This document shows positions 1 through 11,200 of a DNA stretch of 64,000 nt, one piece after another. The notes below the pieces were generated by a model. It saw nothing but the letters and a program-made list of their open reading frames with translations. It did no database searches and was not told the origin of the DNA. This DNA is from an uncultured delta proteobacterium (GTDB taxonomy: Bacteria > Desulfobacterota > Desulfobacteria > Desulfobacterales > JAFDCJ01): positions 761,487 through 825,486 of the forward strand of contig CAVYNY010000010.1 in the NCBI GenBank assembly GCA_963769935.1. The letters are read 5' to 3'. Numbering within the stretch: position 1 is the stretch's first letter; the number at the start of each line of letters is the position of its first letter. Position numbers and translations under genes: made by a program.

Positions 1-663
1 ACGACATTCATGCCTTTTAGGTGTAAATAATCCAACCAATCACCGCAGCCACAGCCTATATCTATCACCCACATGCCGGGCTCAAGATTCAACTTTTTGA
101 TTGCGTATTCGAACTTGTCACTTTGTGCCTTTTCTCGCGATTTAAAATAATCGCCATTATAAAAATTAAAACCGTAATCAAGCCCTTGACCGAATAGCGA
201 GTCATTAAAAAATGCACTAACCACATATCCACGTTGTATTCTTTTCTCCGGATTGAAGACTTCTTGCCATAGTGTATCATGGTTCATACCTATTGGTTAG
301 CGAGGCCTACAAAAGGAATTATTGATTTTTAAAAATTAGGGCGAACCCCAGATGTTGGGGGCGGTCTTTTTCTCTGCAACCATTTGATACATTGAGAATA
401 ACCACGGTTCGGGCAAGGTTGGAATATCATCTACGTATCTGAAATTTGCTGATTTTCCATGTATTCTCAATATATCACCACCACCCGGAATTATCTTTTC
501 GATTGACTAAACCTCATTAGATTCGTTATAAATCCCCTTCAGCTATTTCTGTTTCTCCTACCCCAGCGGACCTGAAGCGATTTTCTATTTCCAGAATCGA
601 ATCCGAATTCTCTTTAACTTCACATTTGACGTTAAATACATTGAATTTGTTAAGGTTTTTCGG

Positions 664-3600
664 ATGACATCCCAAATTGAAATCCCGGTAAAGATTACAA
701 AACCAAGAATGGATTTGACCTTGAATAGGGAAAGCCTGTTCGCTCTCCTGGATAAATATCGAGAATATCCAGTGATCTGGGTCGTCGGACCCGCAGGATC
801 GGGAAAAACCTCGCTGGTATCAAGTTACATCGAACAAAGAAAAATTCCATATTTATGGTACAAGGTCGATGAAACCGACGCTGATGCCGCGAACGTATTT
901 TTTTATCTTCGTCTTGGCGCGAAAACTGCCTCACTCCGAAAAAAATTTGGTCTTCCGCTGTTCACTCCGGAATATGCTTTGGGCCTTCCTGCATTTACGA
1001 GGCGATTTTTCGAAATTCTGTTTGAAGAACTCGGAAAGCCTTTGATGCTTGTGTTGGATAATTTTCAGAAATCGGCGAAAGGTGCTCTGCCTGAAATCAT
1101 CCGTAATGCACTATCAGTTGTTCCCCAAGGCATAACGCTCGTTGTTATAAGCCGAACCAAACCGCCCCCGCAGATGGCACGCGCAATAGCTAACCAAAAA
1201 ATGCAAATTGTGGGGTGGGAGGATCTTAAACTAAGCTTTGATGAAACCACATTGCTTGTAAAGCGAGTCCATCAAAAAGATCTTTCAAATTCGACGGTCC
1301 ATAAACTCTATAAAAAAGTCGATGGTTGGATAGCAGGGCGAAATTTTTGTTGTCTCAAACGGATATAAAGAAGCTGCACCCACAAATTCTGCAATGTGAT
1401 ATCTGCAGATTATTTTTGATTATTTTGCAAACGAAGTGTTTGAAAATGTCCCTGAAGAAATCCAAAATTTTCTTGTGGCAACATCGATGCTCTCCCGATG
1501 TGGGTCGCGGAAATGGCCCAGGCCTTAACCGGTCACAGTGAATCTGAAAACATCCTGGAAATGCTTTATTCGGATAATTTTTTTACATTCAAACACAGAG
1601 GCAATTCGGATTTTTATAATTACCATGCACTTTTTCGAGAGTTTCTTATTCCAAGGGCAAATAAACGGTTTTCGGCTGAGGTTCATACTAAATTAAAAAG
1701 CAGGGCCGCCACGTTATTGGAGTCTATCGGAGACATAGAGAATGCAGCAGCGCTTTACCGTCAGATTGGAGATGATACTAAATTCATAAATTTGATTTTG
1801 CGGAATACCCCAAATCTATTGGAACAAGGTAGACATAAAACTGTTGAAGATTGGATAACAAGCTTGCCCGATAAGGCAGTTGATTCGAATTCGTGGTTAC
1901 TGTACTGGTTGGGAAAGTGTAAAGTCGCCCTTCAAACCATCGCAAAGCCGTCCTATTTTCGAAAGAGCCTTAAAACAGTTTGAAGCCCACCAAGATCCTC
2001 AGGGAATTTTCCTTGCCCTGTCAGGCGTTTTCCAGTCGATAATCTATTCTTTCGATAAGTTTGACTTATTCGATCAGTGGATTCCAGAAGTTGAAAAATT
2101 CTGCCACAGTTACCCGGTTTTTCCATCGCAGCAAGTTGAGGCATTAATCACATCAGATATGCTGTACGCTTTTATGCTGAGACAAAGCAATCACCCCGAC
2201 TTCTCAAGGTGGGAAAACAGGAGTTTAATGCTTATCGAGAACAATCTTTCATTGCGGCTTAAAATGCAGTTGTTACTTCCCCTTTTATAACATCGAATTT
2301 TTTCCGGAAAATTGGCAGATGCCCGAAACATTATCGAAATACTTGATGGTTTAATTTCATCTCTCAATGAATCTCTCATTGGTTGAAATTACAATGGGTG
2401 ACGCCAAAGCACTTTTTAATTGGCTAATTACTCGGGTTCAACGCTTGTAAAAAATTCGTCAACAAGTCGATAGACTTGGCTTTAAACAATGGTATCCACA
2501 CATTGTCTTTATTTTTAAATGGTCACAATGTGGCAAGATTGCTAAGTTGTGGGGAAAATTCTAAAGCCGATAAAATCTTAAAGTCGATAAAAGCAGATCT
2601 GAGCCAAATGGGAGCTTGGAATAAAAAATACTACCATTATCTTTGTCTATGGAGAGCCCTCATTGCCAGGGACTTGGATGAAGCGGAAGCTCAATCCAGG
2701 CTCGCTTTAGCTCATGGTGAAATCGCCGGTATGCCGCAGACGATGGCAATTGCCTGCTGGGGCAGAGCTATTGTCTTGCAACTAGAGGGAAAAGAACAAA
2801 CTGCAGTAAAAATGTTAGCGGATGCCTTAGATCTTTGCGAAATATATGACATTCGCCAGGTTAAATTTGGCTGTCTGCTCACAGAAGCCCGATTTGCGTT
2901 CGATCGGGACGATCGGCCAGCTGGTTTGAACGCGCTGCAGCGAGCATTTTCGGTGGCAAGCCAGAATTCCTATTACAACACCTATTTCTGGAGACAGGAT
3001 GATATCGCGGACTCTCGAAAAAGCACTTGAGGCCGGTATCTGCGAAAATCACATGAGAAATTCATCTGCAGACGACGTCTTTATCCGCCGGATAATTACA
3101 TTCATTTGGTAAATTGGCCGTGGCCCATCCGGATATTCACGCTTGGACGGTTGGAAATCCAAACGAATGGAACACCGCTGAAATTTAAAAGCAAAGCCCC
3201 TAAAAAGCCCCAGCACCTGCTCAAGACCGTGGCAGCTCTTGGCGGCCGCGAAGTGTCCAATGATCTTATCCTTGACGCACTATGGCCGGAGCTGGATGGC
3301 GATGCAGCGCACAGCGCGTTTACGAGCTGTTTGCACCGCTTGAGAAAACTGCTGGATAATGAACAAGCCATTCGAGTTCAGGATGGAAAAATCTCTTTTA
3401 ATAGCAAAATTTGCTGGCTTGACCTTTGGCCATATGAGAAATTGATCCGCCAGGCGGAGTCCCTCTGGTTGGATACAACCGATAAAAATGGGAGCTCAGA
3501 GGCTGTTAAACTTACCAGAAAAAATCATGGCTCAATACAATGGAGTTTTCCTGCCCGATGATTCCAGTGCCTCTGGATGATTACCCATGCGTGAAGGCCT

Positions 3601-3938
3601 CACCAGCAATTTCTGGTTGCCTTCGACCCCTAATCCAAAATTACGAAGCTGCCCAAAAGTGGGATAAAGCTGTATTGGCCTTTACTCGGGGCATCGATGT
3701 CGATCCTCTGGCCGAGGATTTTTACCGTGGCCTGATGCGCTGTTTTCAACGACTCAAGCGACCATCGGAAATCATATCAACCTACCGTATCTGTCAAACC
3801 AATCTGTCCACTCACGCCGGCCTGAAACCATCTCAGGAAACGGTCGATCTTTTCACTTTTCGCTCATTTAGCTGTTGGCTGTATCCACACTGTTATCAAC
3901 TATTTCCCCAAATAGTTAGATCTACAGATTTGATATAG
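664..3938 (+). pseudogene. MalT-like STAND NTPase / TPR / wHTH / BTAD transcriptional activator, split by at least 5 frameshifts (pseudogene or sequencing indels)
   Basis: Consecutive ORFs 664-1368, 1498-1983, 1880-2290, 2476-3030, 3106-3561 and 3540-3938 carry domains in the expected order: Walker A GPAGSGKT, Walker B LVLDNFQ, DGWIAG, YNYHALFREFL, a helical TPR-like region, WPWPIRIFTLGRLEI (wHTH) and BTAD-like RGIDVDPLAEDFYRGLMRC. Confidence 0.85.
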
Positions 3939-3981
3939 TCATTATCCCGCCGACGACCCATTCAACATTTTTTTGCTATCA

Positions 3982-4014
3982 GTGACCGATCTGTGACCCC
4001 CGCGATGCTAAACA
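3982..4014 (+). promoter_or_regulatory. Direct-repeat box GTGACC-N5-GTGACC (11-bp period) upstream of a possible -10 (TAAACA)
   Basis: Sequence gtgaccgatctgtgacccccgcgatgctaaaca. An 11-bp period is typical of SARP/OmpR-type wHTH binding sites, and the box lies just downstream of the BTAD regulator. Confidence 0.5.
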
Positions 4015-4120
4015 TTTAATCCGATCGAGCTTATTTTTCGAAGCTAAAACGAATTGAGATGGCGGCAAATCTTTACCGGTTGCCGATTCAAGTTCTTACA
4101 ATCCTTGGTGAGATAGGCCA

Positions 4121-4982
4121 ATGGATAGAGAAATATCAATTGACCGATTGCATGCGTCATCGCAAGCAAGGGAAAAAATCAATGCATTTAGTTACTTGGA
4201 GCTACCTATCAAATGCCCGATAATCATCTCTCTTACCATTTTCCTCTCATTTGTCGCTTCAACCGTTACAGCCCGCCAAAGCATATTTTATCCAAATTTC
4301 GAAGTCTGTATTAATTATGCGGATAGAGAAGATATTGAACTTGCATTAGGTGCCGTCCAAAAAACATACGATTTTTTTATGTCTATCGGATATTCAAAAA
4401 AATACCCTCTGTGGATTTTTTTTCAGGAAAAGGTTGAGATTGAAACTGTGACCGGTGAGTTAATTCGTGTATACGGCAAGCTCAACAAGGATAATCAAAT
4501 TTATTTAACCGATTGGAATGAACCCTGGCTGACCAAACAAAACCCATATGGTTTGCAAATGAACAAGGATTTTTACGAAAGTTTAATTCCTCAGAAATTG
4601 CACATTTTATTGCTGAAAAAATCGTCGGCCGCAAAATCGAAAACACCCTTTCCGAATATATCGCCTACGTTGTTCAGCTATCACGGAAGTACCGCCCACT
4701 ATGCGGCAGGAAATTTTAGGCCAGCGTCACCTAACGGCCTTTAAAACCGAAGAAATCGATCTTGATATAATGCTGTTTGACCCCGTGATTTTTGGCTTCA
4801 AATCGTACCTTCATTGCATGCAGAGCAGGGGACAATATCTGAAAGAAAGTGTCTGCAGCATCATCAGGGAACCCGACAGTATCGCTTACTGGCGATTTCG
4901 TCCGAGAATTATTTCGAATCTCAAGCGTGCAGCTAATCATGATTCTTTCAGCAGTTTCGTAAAACCCAATGATCACATATAG
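4121..4982 (+). pseudogene. Secreted DUF6639-like / HEXXH zincin-like protein, frameshifted
   Basis: Signal-like hydrophobic segment. An alternative frame near 4590 reads (H)EIAHFIAEKIVGRKIENTLSEYIAYVVQLS and continues into ORF 4701-4982. Confidence 0.55.
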
Positions 4983-5294
4983 CTATTTTGCAGAAAAGGG
5001 AAAATGGCGGTCTCTCATCTCAACAAAGGGGGAAAACCAAATGAAAGCGGTCAACCTCAGTTTGCCTTCAATCGGAGAAATTGCGGAATCGATCAGAAAT
5101 ATCAAAAGTCCTTTTGGCTCTGGTATGAAAAATTGGCCTCATTTTGTGACCGGCACCTTACCGCCGATTGGATGGATAAAGTCCGTCAAGATCCTGATAA
5201 ATGGCCTTATTATTAATCGCTTCTGCAGAACCACCATTTTTCTTCCTCGGCATATTTGGCCTCCATTATCTTTATGTTTAGGTTGCCTGGTGGC

Positions 5295-6047
5295 CTACCC
5301 CTGAGGTATGGACCGGCTGAGCCAGTCCTCGAAACGGGTCGGGCCGATGCGCGGGTTATCGCCGGGGGTGAGGCTTTGATCGTTCACCGCCATGCCGTAG
5401 TAGCGCGCCTTCGGATCGGTGATCACCGTCCGTGCGTCCCCGGTTGCGCTCAGGAATTGCCGCACGAGTTCGTCCTGACGGATCGGTTCGGGACCGGCCA
5501 TTCGATCGTGCCGTTCACCGGCTCCCCGAGGGCGACGTCGGCCATGACGGCGGCGACGTCATCCGACACAATAGGCTGCATCAGAGCCGGCGGAAGCCGA
5601 ACCGTCTGTCCTTCGGTCGCCGATTGGGCGATGCCGCCCACGAACTCGAAGAACTGCGTTGCGCGGACGATCGTGTAAGGAATCGAGGAAGCCTTGATAA
5701 GTTTTTCCTGGGCCATCTTTGCGCGGAAGTAACCACTCGCCAGAAGGCGGTCGGTGCCGACGACCGACAGCGCCACATGATGTCCGACGCCCGCGGCGGC
5801 TTCCGCGGCGAGGAGGTTCCGGCCTGATGTCTCGAAAAACTCCAGGACTGCGTTGTCCTCCCACGAGGCGCATTCGCGACATCGACGACCACCTGAGCGC
5901 CGGCGAGCGCTTCCGCCAATCCCTCGCCAGTGACGGTGTTGACACCCGATGAGGTGATGCGGCCACCACCTCATGGCCATGCTGACGAAGCTTGTTCACG
6001 AGCTTCTTCCCGATAAGCCCGCTGCCCCCGATGACGACGATTTTCAT
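5295..6047 (-). pseudogene. NmrA/SDR-like NAD(P)H-binding oxidoreductase, frameshifted
   Basis: Motifs MKIVVIGGSGLIG (Rossmann), HHVALSVVGTDRL, YFRAKMAQE, TIVRATQFFEF and GPTRFEDWL, spread over several frames. Confidence 0.85.
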
Positions 6048-6186
6048 GGTCGATCCTTTCATTTTTATTCATATTTGACCCTTGTTTTTCCCTTTCACAA
6101 TTCGGAGAGGAATGGCCGTGAATTCTCGAACATAGATTGGACTTGCAATTCTCATTCGGTGTTTCTGCCGTAGGCCATTCCGGCCG

Positions 6187-6594
6187 TCACTTCACCGTTA
6201 CTAGTATCGGAGTCCCTTTGGTCTTGACCAAGACGACCAGCATTTTGGCCGGCTTGGTCTTGCTTGCGTTCCGGTCCACGACATGAACATCGTTGGGCCC
6301 TTCGTAAAACGTCTGTCCCGGCGTAAGCGTCACTTCTTTTCCTCCTTTCAACTGCATTACAACGGATCCTTCCAGCACGTAGACAAACGCTTGCGCATCG
6401 TGCCGATGCACGGGAGCCTACATCCCCGGCGGATATTCCACGGTAATCATAACGACTTCCTTGTCCGGATTGTCTTTCAGAGCTTTCGACATGAGCGTCG
6501 CGACGTTAGGCTGCAGAGCCGCCACCGTGCTCGCCATGAGGCAAAGCAGAAGCAATGAGATCGTCGTCCTCTTTATCACTGATTTTTTATACAT
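6187..6594 (-). pseudogene. Exported cupin-domain protein, frameshifted near 6415
   Basis: Signal peptide and KEVVMITVEYPPG, then HRHDAQAFVYVLEG...GQTFYEGPNDVH in another frame. Confidence 0.8.
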
Positions 6595-6696
6595 TTTGCA
6601 CCTCCGACTATAAGCTTGGGACCAAGGGCGGCCCGGGAGGACCAAGATCTGGCCGAAGGCACCGGCCGGCGGTCCCAACACCCACAGGCCACCGGT

Positions 6697-6792
6697 TCAG
6701 CCCTTGATGAAGGCCAGCAGGTCGCGGTCTCGATTGATCCTGATGCGTGGCCGTGAGACCGTGCGGCGCGCCCGGATAGTAGATTTCCTTGT
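6697..6792 (-). pseudogene. C-terminal remnant of a non-heme chloroperoxidase-type alpha/beta hydrolase
   Basis: The minus strand reads KEIYYPGAPHGLTATHQDQ...DLLAFIKG*. The upstream part of the gene is absent. Confidence 0.7.
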
Positions 6793-7171
6793 TTTGTCTC
6801 CTTTTTCATGGGCCGGCCGTATTGCTTGGGCGCTTTTTGGGTCTAAGCATTTCACCCATTGTTTCCACTTGATGTCCGCCTATCAATGTTTGCCGGGTTT
6901 TTGTGACTGTTTCTAAATTTTATGGGAGGAAATACAACAGTATTCGCGAGGAATCGTTTGGCATGCTAATCATATTTATCTACGGGGCGGATATTGTATT
7001 TTCACACTTATACTCCTTGAGTTATCATCAGGTAATTGAAGTAGCTCGAGATTCAATTAGGTATAAACTAACCTGTTTCCTTTTTTTGCACCTAAGGTAA
7101 TCCATTGCTAACTGTTGTCAAGAGAAACAAATAATATAATTATGTGAAATAAAAAATATTGTCTTAAATAG

Positions 7172-7200
7172 TTGACAGTTACACAAAATATCGGTATAGG
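7172..7200 (+). promoter_or_regulatory. Putative sigma70 promoter of the TetR gene
   Basis: TTGACA-17 nt-TATAGG. Confidence 0.5.
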
Positions 7201-7269
7201 TAAGGCATGTGATCCTTTGTGGCTAAAAATTTGAAAGTATACAGTTTTGTTTCTAAAATTAAGGGAAAT

Positions 7270-7835
7270 ATGGGCAAATTAACTCCCAGAGAGCATATAA
7301 TCAACACTGCTATCGAGTTGTTTCGTGAGTATGGCTATCATGCCACGGGCGTTGATAGGATCATAGATGAGGCGGGTGTATCAAAAAAAACACTTTATAC
7401 TCATTTTCGTTCGAAAGAAGAGCTTCTAATCGCAGCGCTTCGCCACTATGACGGAGTTTTCAGAAACAATTTCATGCGGAAGGTGGATCAATTAGCAAAG
7501 TCACCCCAAAAAAAGCTTCTCGCTATTTTCGATGTTGCGCAGGATTGGTTTTCGCAAAACAAATTTTTCGGCTGTATGTTTATCAATGTCATCGGTGAGT
7601 ATTCCAAAAAAACTCGCCGATTAGGGATATTTGCAAGCAATTCAAACAGTTGATGTGGACTTATTTCAAGGAGCTTTGTGTGCAGGCCGGTGTTGAAGAA
7701 CCGGATGTTCTCGCTGATAAGCTGGCATTGCTGTTTGAAGGGGCTGTTGTTACCTCGCAGGTATCCCAAAAACCGCAAGCCGCCAAAACAGCAAAACATA
7801 TCGCCAAGTCATTGATCGCACAGATACCGAAATAG
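7270..7835 (+). CDS. TetR/AcrR-family regulator, with a 1-nt frameshift in an A-run near 7610
   Basis: TGVDRIIDEAGVSKKTLYTHFRSKEEL HTH and GCMFIN; the C-terminus LADKLALLFEGAVV is in the next frame. Confidence 0.9.
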
Positions 7836-8221
7836 TTTACCTTTCAATTCACAAACTTTATTGAATCCTCAAGTTATAGACCATGTCAGAATATTAGCCC
7901 TATAGCATTGTATATTGCATCTGCGAATCAAACAATTTGGGGTTTGGTTAAAAATAAAGGTGTCGTGCCCTATATTAAATCCGACCAATTATTCGATTCT
8001 ATTGAATATTTCTACACAAAATACACACAGCTTATGATCAATTGAAGTGTTATCTTGCTTATCGAATCTGTAAACCCAATTGCAGGGCAGGGCACCTTAA
8101 GACGTTAGGATTTATGCATAGCGCATGGCGCGGCGATCGGGCAATCGTACAAATTACCCATCCTTCAACGCTTATCTCGCTGCTCTAAGGTCGAGGCGAT
8201 CATGATCCCGAATTCCAGGTA

Positions 8222-11200
8222 TCATCCCAGACGGCGGTGCAATTCGCGTCCAGCCGACAGGCGATCTTTGCGGGGATACTTGAGATAGGGTATGATCACA
8301 TCGTTTTTGCTGCCGGCGGTGCCGTCGTAGGTGATGGAGACAACGGGGACGCCGGTTTGGCGCTCGATTTCAGCGGCCATGGCCTCGGTAATCAAAGCCG
8401 CACAGCAGAAGGCCGGGCTGGCCTGCACGAACAGGGCAACCTCCGGATGAAGTTTTTTGGTATAGTGAATTTTTAAAATATTATCCATCGATTCACCGGT
8501 GTGTTCCAGGCGCAAATTGTACCGGGCCAGGATCTCTCGGGCCGGTTCATCATATTCCGGCTCCGGTTCCTTTAAAATGCGCTGAAAATAGCTGTAGTAA
8601 ATTTTTTCCTTCATTTTTAAGGTGGCCATCAGGGCCTGGGAAGAAAGCGCACTTAAATAATGCCCCTCGATCAGCCATTTTCTAAGATAGGGCCCTGAAA
8701 TCATCTTCAGGTATTCGCTGTAAGGCGTCGTGAGGACCTCCCCGCCGTTGCCCTCGATGAAGTGAATCAGATCCTGGTTGATCACGTGATTGTCCCGGGC
8801 GTAAAGATCGCCGAAGACGGCCACCTTCGGTCTCGGCGGCTGTCCGGTGCGATCGATCGTTTCAATCCCCGCAAGCTTGGATGCCACCTCGGCCACCGCC
8901 TGCTCCTTGGTACGATTTCCGAGAAAGGCCTCCCGCAAAATATCGACGGCGCCGGCGATCACACGGTCGGTTTCACCTTTGTGGCGTTCATAGGGCCTGA
9001 TTTTGCACCCGATTTTGCGGAGCAGGCCGCCGAACATGTAGACGAAATAATTGTTGACGGGCAGGGTGACGGATATATCGACCATCGACAGCTCCCCCAA
9101 ATAGACATCCGCCCGTTCCATACCGTTGCCGTAGGAATTCAGAATGCTTTTGATATGGTGGGGATACAGCTTGAGGTTGCAGGCGATTTCTCCGGCCGGC
9201 ATCCACAAGGCGGTGCGGGCCGGATCCAGCCCGTGGTCCTGCACGTAGTCGATAAATTCCTGGGCAATAATGTTCAGGGGAATACACTGGCCGCTGTTGA
9301 AGCGCATGCTGCGCCGGATGCCGGGGGGCGTCTCTTCCAGGCAGCGCGCATCGAGTCCCGCCCGGTTGAGATTGGCCGCCAGCAGGTTGAGGGTGATCGG
9401 ATCCCAATTGGGCAGAATCATGGTTTTATTCAATAATTTTTTAGACTTATAGGAAACCAGCGGCGTCATGGCAGCGGCGGATGCGACGGCCGGCCGGGTT
9501 GCATGATGATTGCGAAAGGCCCGGACAGCCGACTCGATCCGGGTCTCGTAACCGCCCGCGGAATCGTGGTCATCGAGCTGCAATATCAAGTACGGTTTGT
9601 CATGGGACGCCATAATTTGTTTGAAATAATCGATGGCAAACGAATCCGGCGAGCACTTGAAGGCGGTCATCAGAATGGGATAGGCCCCGGGTGATTTGGC
9701 GACAACCTCGGCCGCCTCCAGAATCTTGGCGGCATAGTGCCAATGAAGTTCATTGAGCAGGGGCGCAATCGACGCCACATCCTGCTTGGAATAGGAGAGC
9801 ATGTCTTGAAAGAAGGTTTTGATGCCCAGGCCCGCCAGGATACCGGGGATACCTTTGTGCAGGGCGCCGGAAAGCACGGTATAAGGGCGACCCAGCAGCA
9901 CTGCGTGCAGATCATCGGCGCGGTCGGTGTGCTGCCGGTAGGCAGCCTGCCACCGGGACCGGCAGGAATCCATGAACTCCCGGGCCCGGTCATAGGCGGC
10001 GGCAACTTCAAAATAGCTGAGGCGCCTGGCACACAGTCCTTTCAGCATCCGGAACAGCTGAGCCTTGGTGTGAAAACTGCTGTAAAGGTAGTGCACCACC
10101 GGCGAAAGAAATTTTTTGCCGGTCCCGTCTCCGCCGGTCAGGGAGGTCAGGCTGGGTGCAAACTGGGTATAATAGCAGAATTGCCGCCGCGGCCCCCTTT
10201 CCCGCCCTTTTTTATCAAGGTAAAACGGTAAAAAGATATAATCGGCGCGCTGCAGCAGGGCCTGCACATGGCCGTGCAGGTCGGTCATGGGGGCACAAAA
10301 TTCGGCGCCGGCGATGCGCTTGCCGTCTTTGAGGCTGTCCCGGCACCCTTCACTGGTTACGGTTTTAATGCCCAGCATATTAAAAAAGTATTGCCACAAC
10401 GGCACATCTTCCAGCAGATGCAGGGCGGCCGGCAGGCCGATGGTAAATTCTTCTTTAATTTCAGCGCCGGCGTTGCAGGCAAACACTCGGCGGCGCTCCT
10501 TGAGAAGATCAAAACCGGTGCGGTTGTTGTTCACATAGTGTCTGATATCGTAATCCCGGCCGCACAGAAATCCATAGGCCACCTGTTCGCTGCCGATTTC
10601 GGCCACCGTCAGTTTGCAGTGGTTGGTGCATAGATCACAGGTTTCAGAGCGCAGCGGGATCTGTTTCTTGTAAAGGTCCAGACCCCTGAACCGGGTGGCA
10701 GGGACGCCCTGGTCGCTCAGCATCAAGGCGCTGCCCAGGGCGCCGGTCAAATGACAATAGCGGGATACCCTGATGGGCCGGCCGAGTCTTTTTTCAAAGG
10801 CCGCTGCCAGGGCCTTGTTTTTAGCCGTCGCCCCCTGAAAGGAGATGACGCGGCCGATGTTTTTTTCAACCGCCACCTTGGTCAGATAGTTCTCACACAC
10901 GGAGTGCAGCACCGCGGCCAGCATGTCATCCACCGGGTAGCCCTCATTGAGATAATGATTGAGATCTCTTTCCATAAACACGGTACAGCGATCGCTGGCC
11001 ATGGGGGATCGGCGATGCGCCGCCCGCGCTGCATACTCGGACAGCGGGCAGCCGAGTTTCTGGGCCTGCTCCTCGATGAAACTTCCCGTGCCGGCGGCAC
11101 AGACATTGTTCATGACCGAAAAGGTAACGCGGCCGTTTTGCAGGGTCGTGAATTTGGCGTCCTGCCCGCCGATCTCGATAATCGTGTCCACCTGCGGATC

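Noticed and set aside
89..460. Short minus-strand ORF(s) at the window start
   Set aside because: No recognisable motif, and the region is error-prone.
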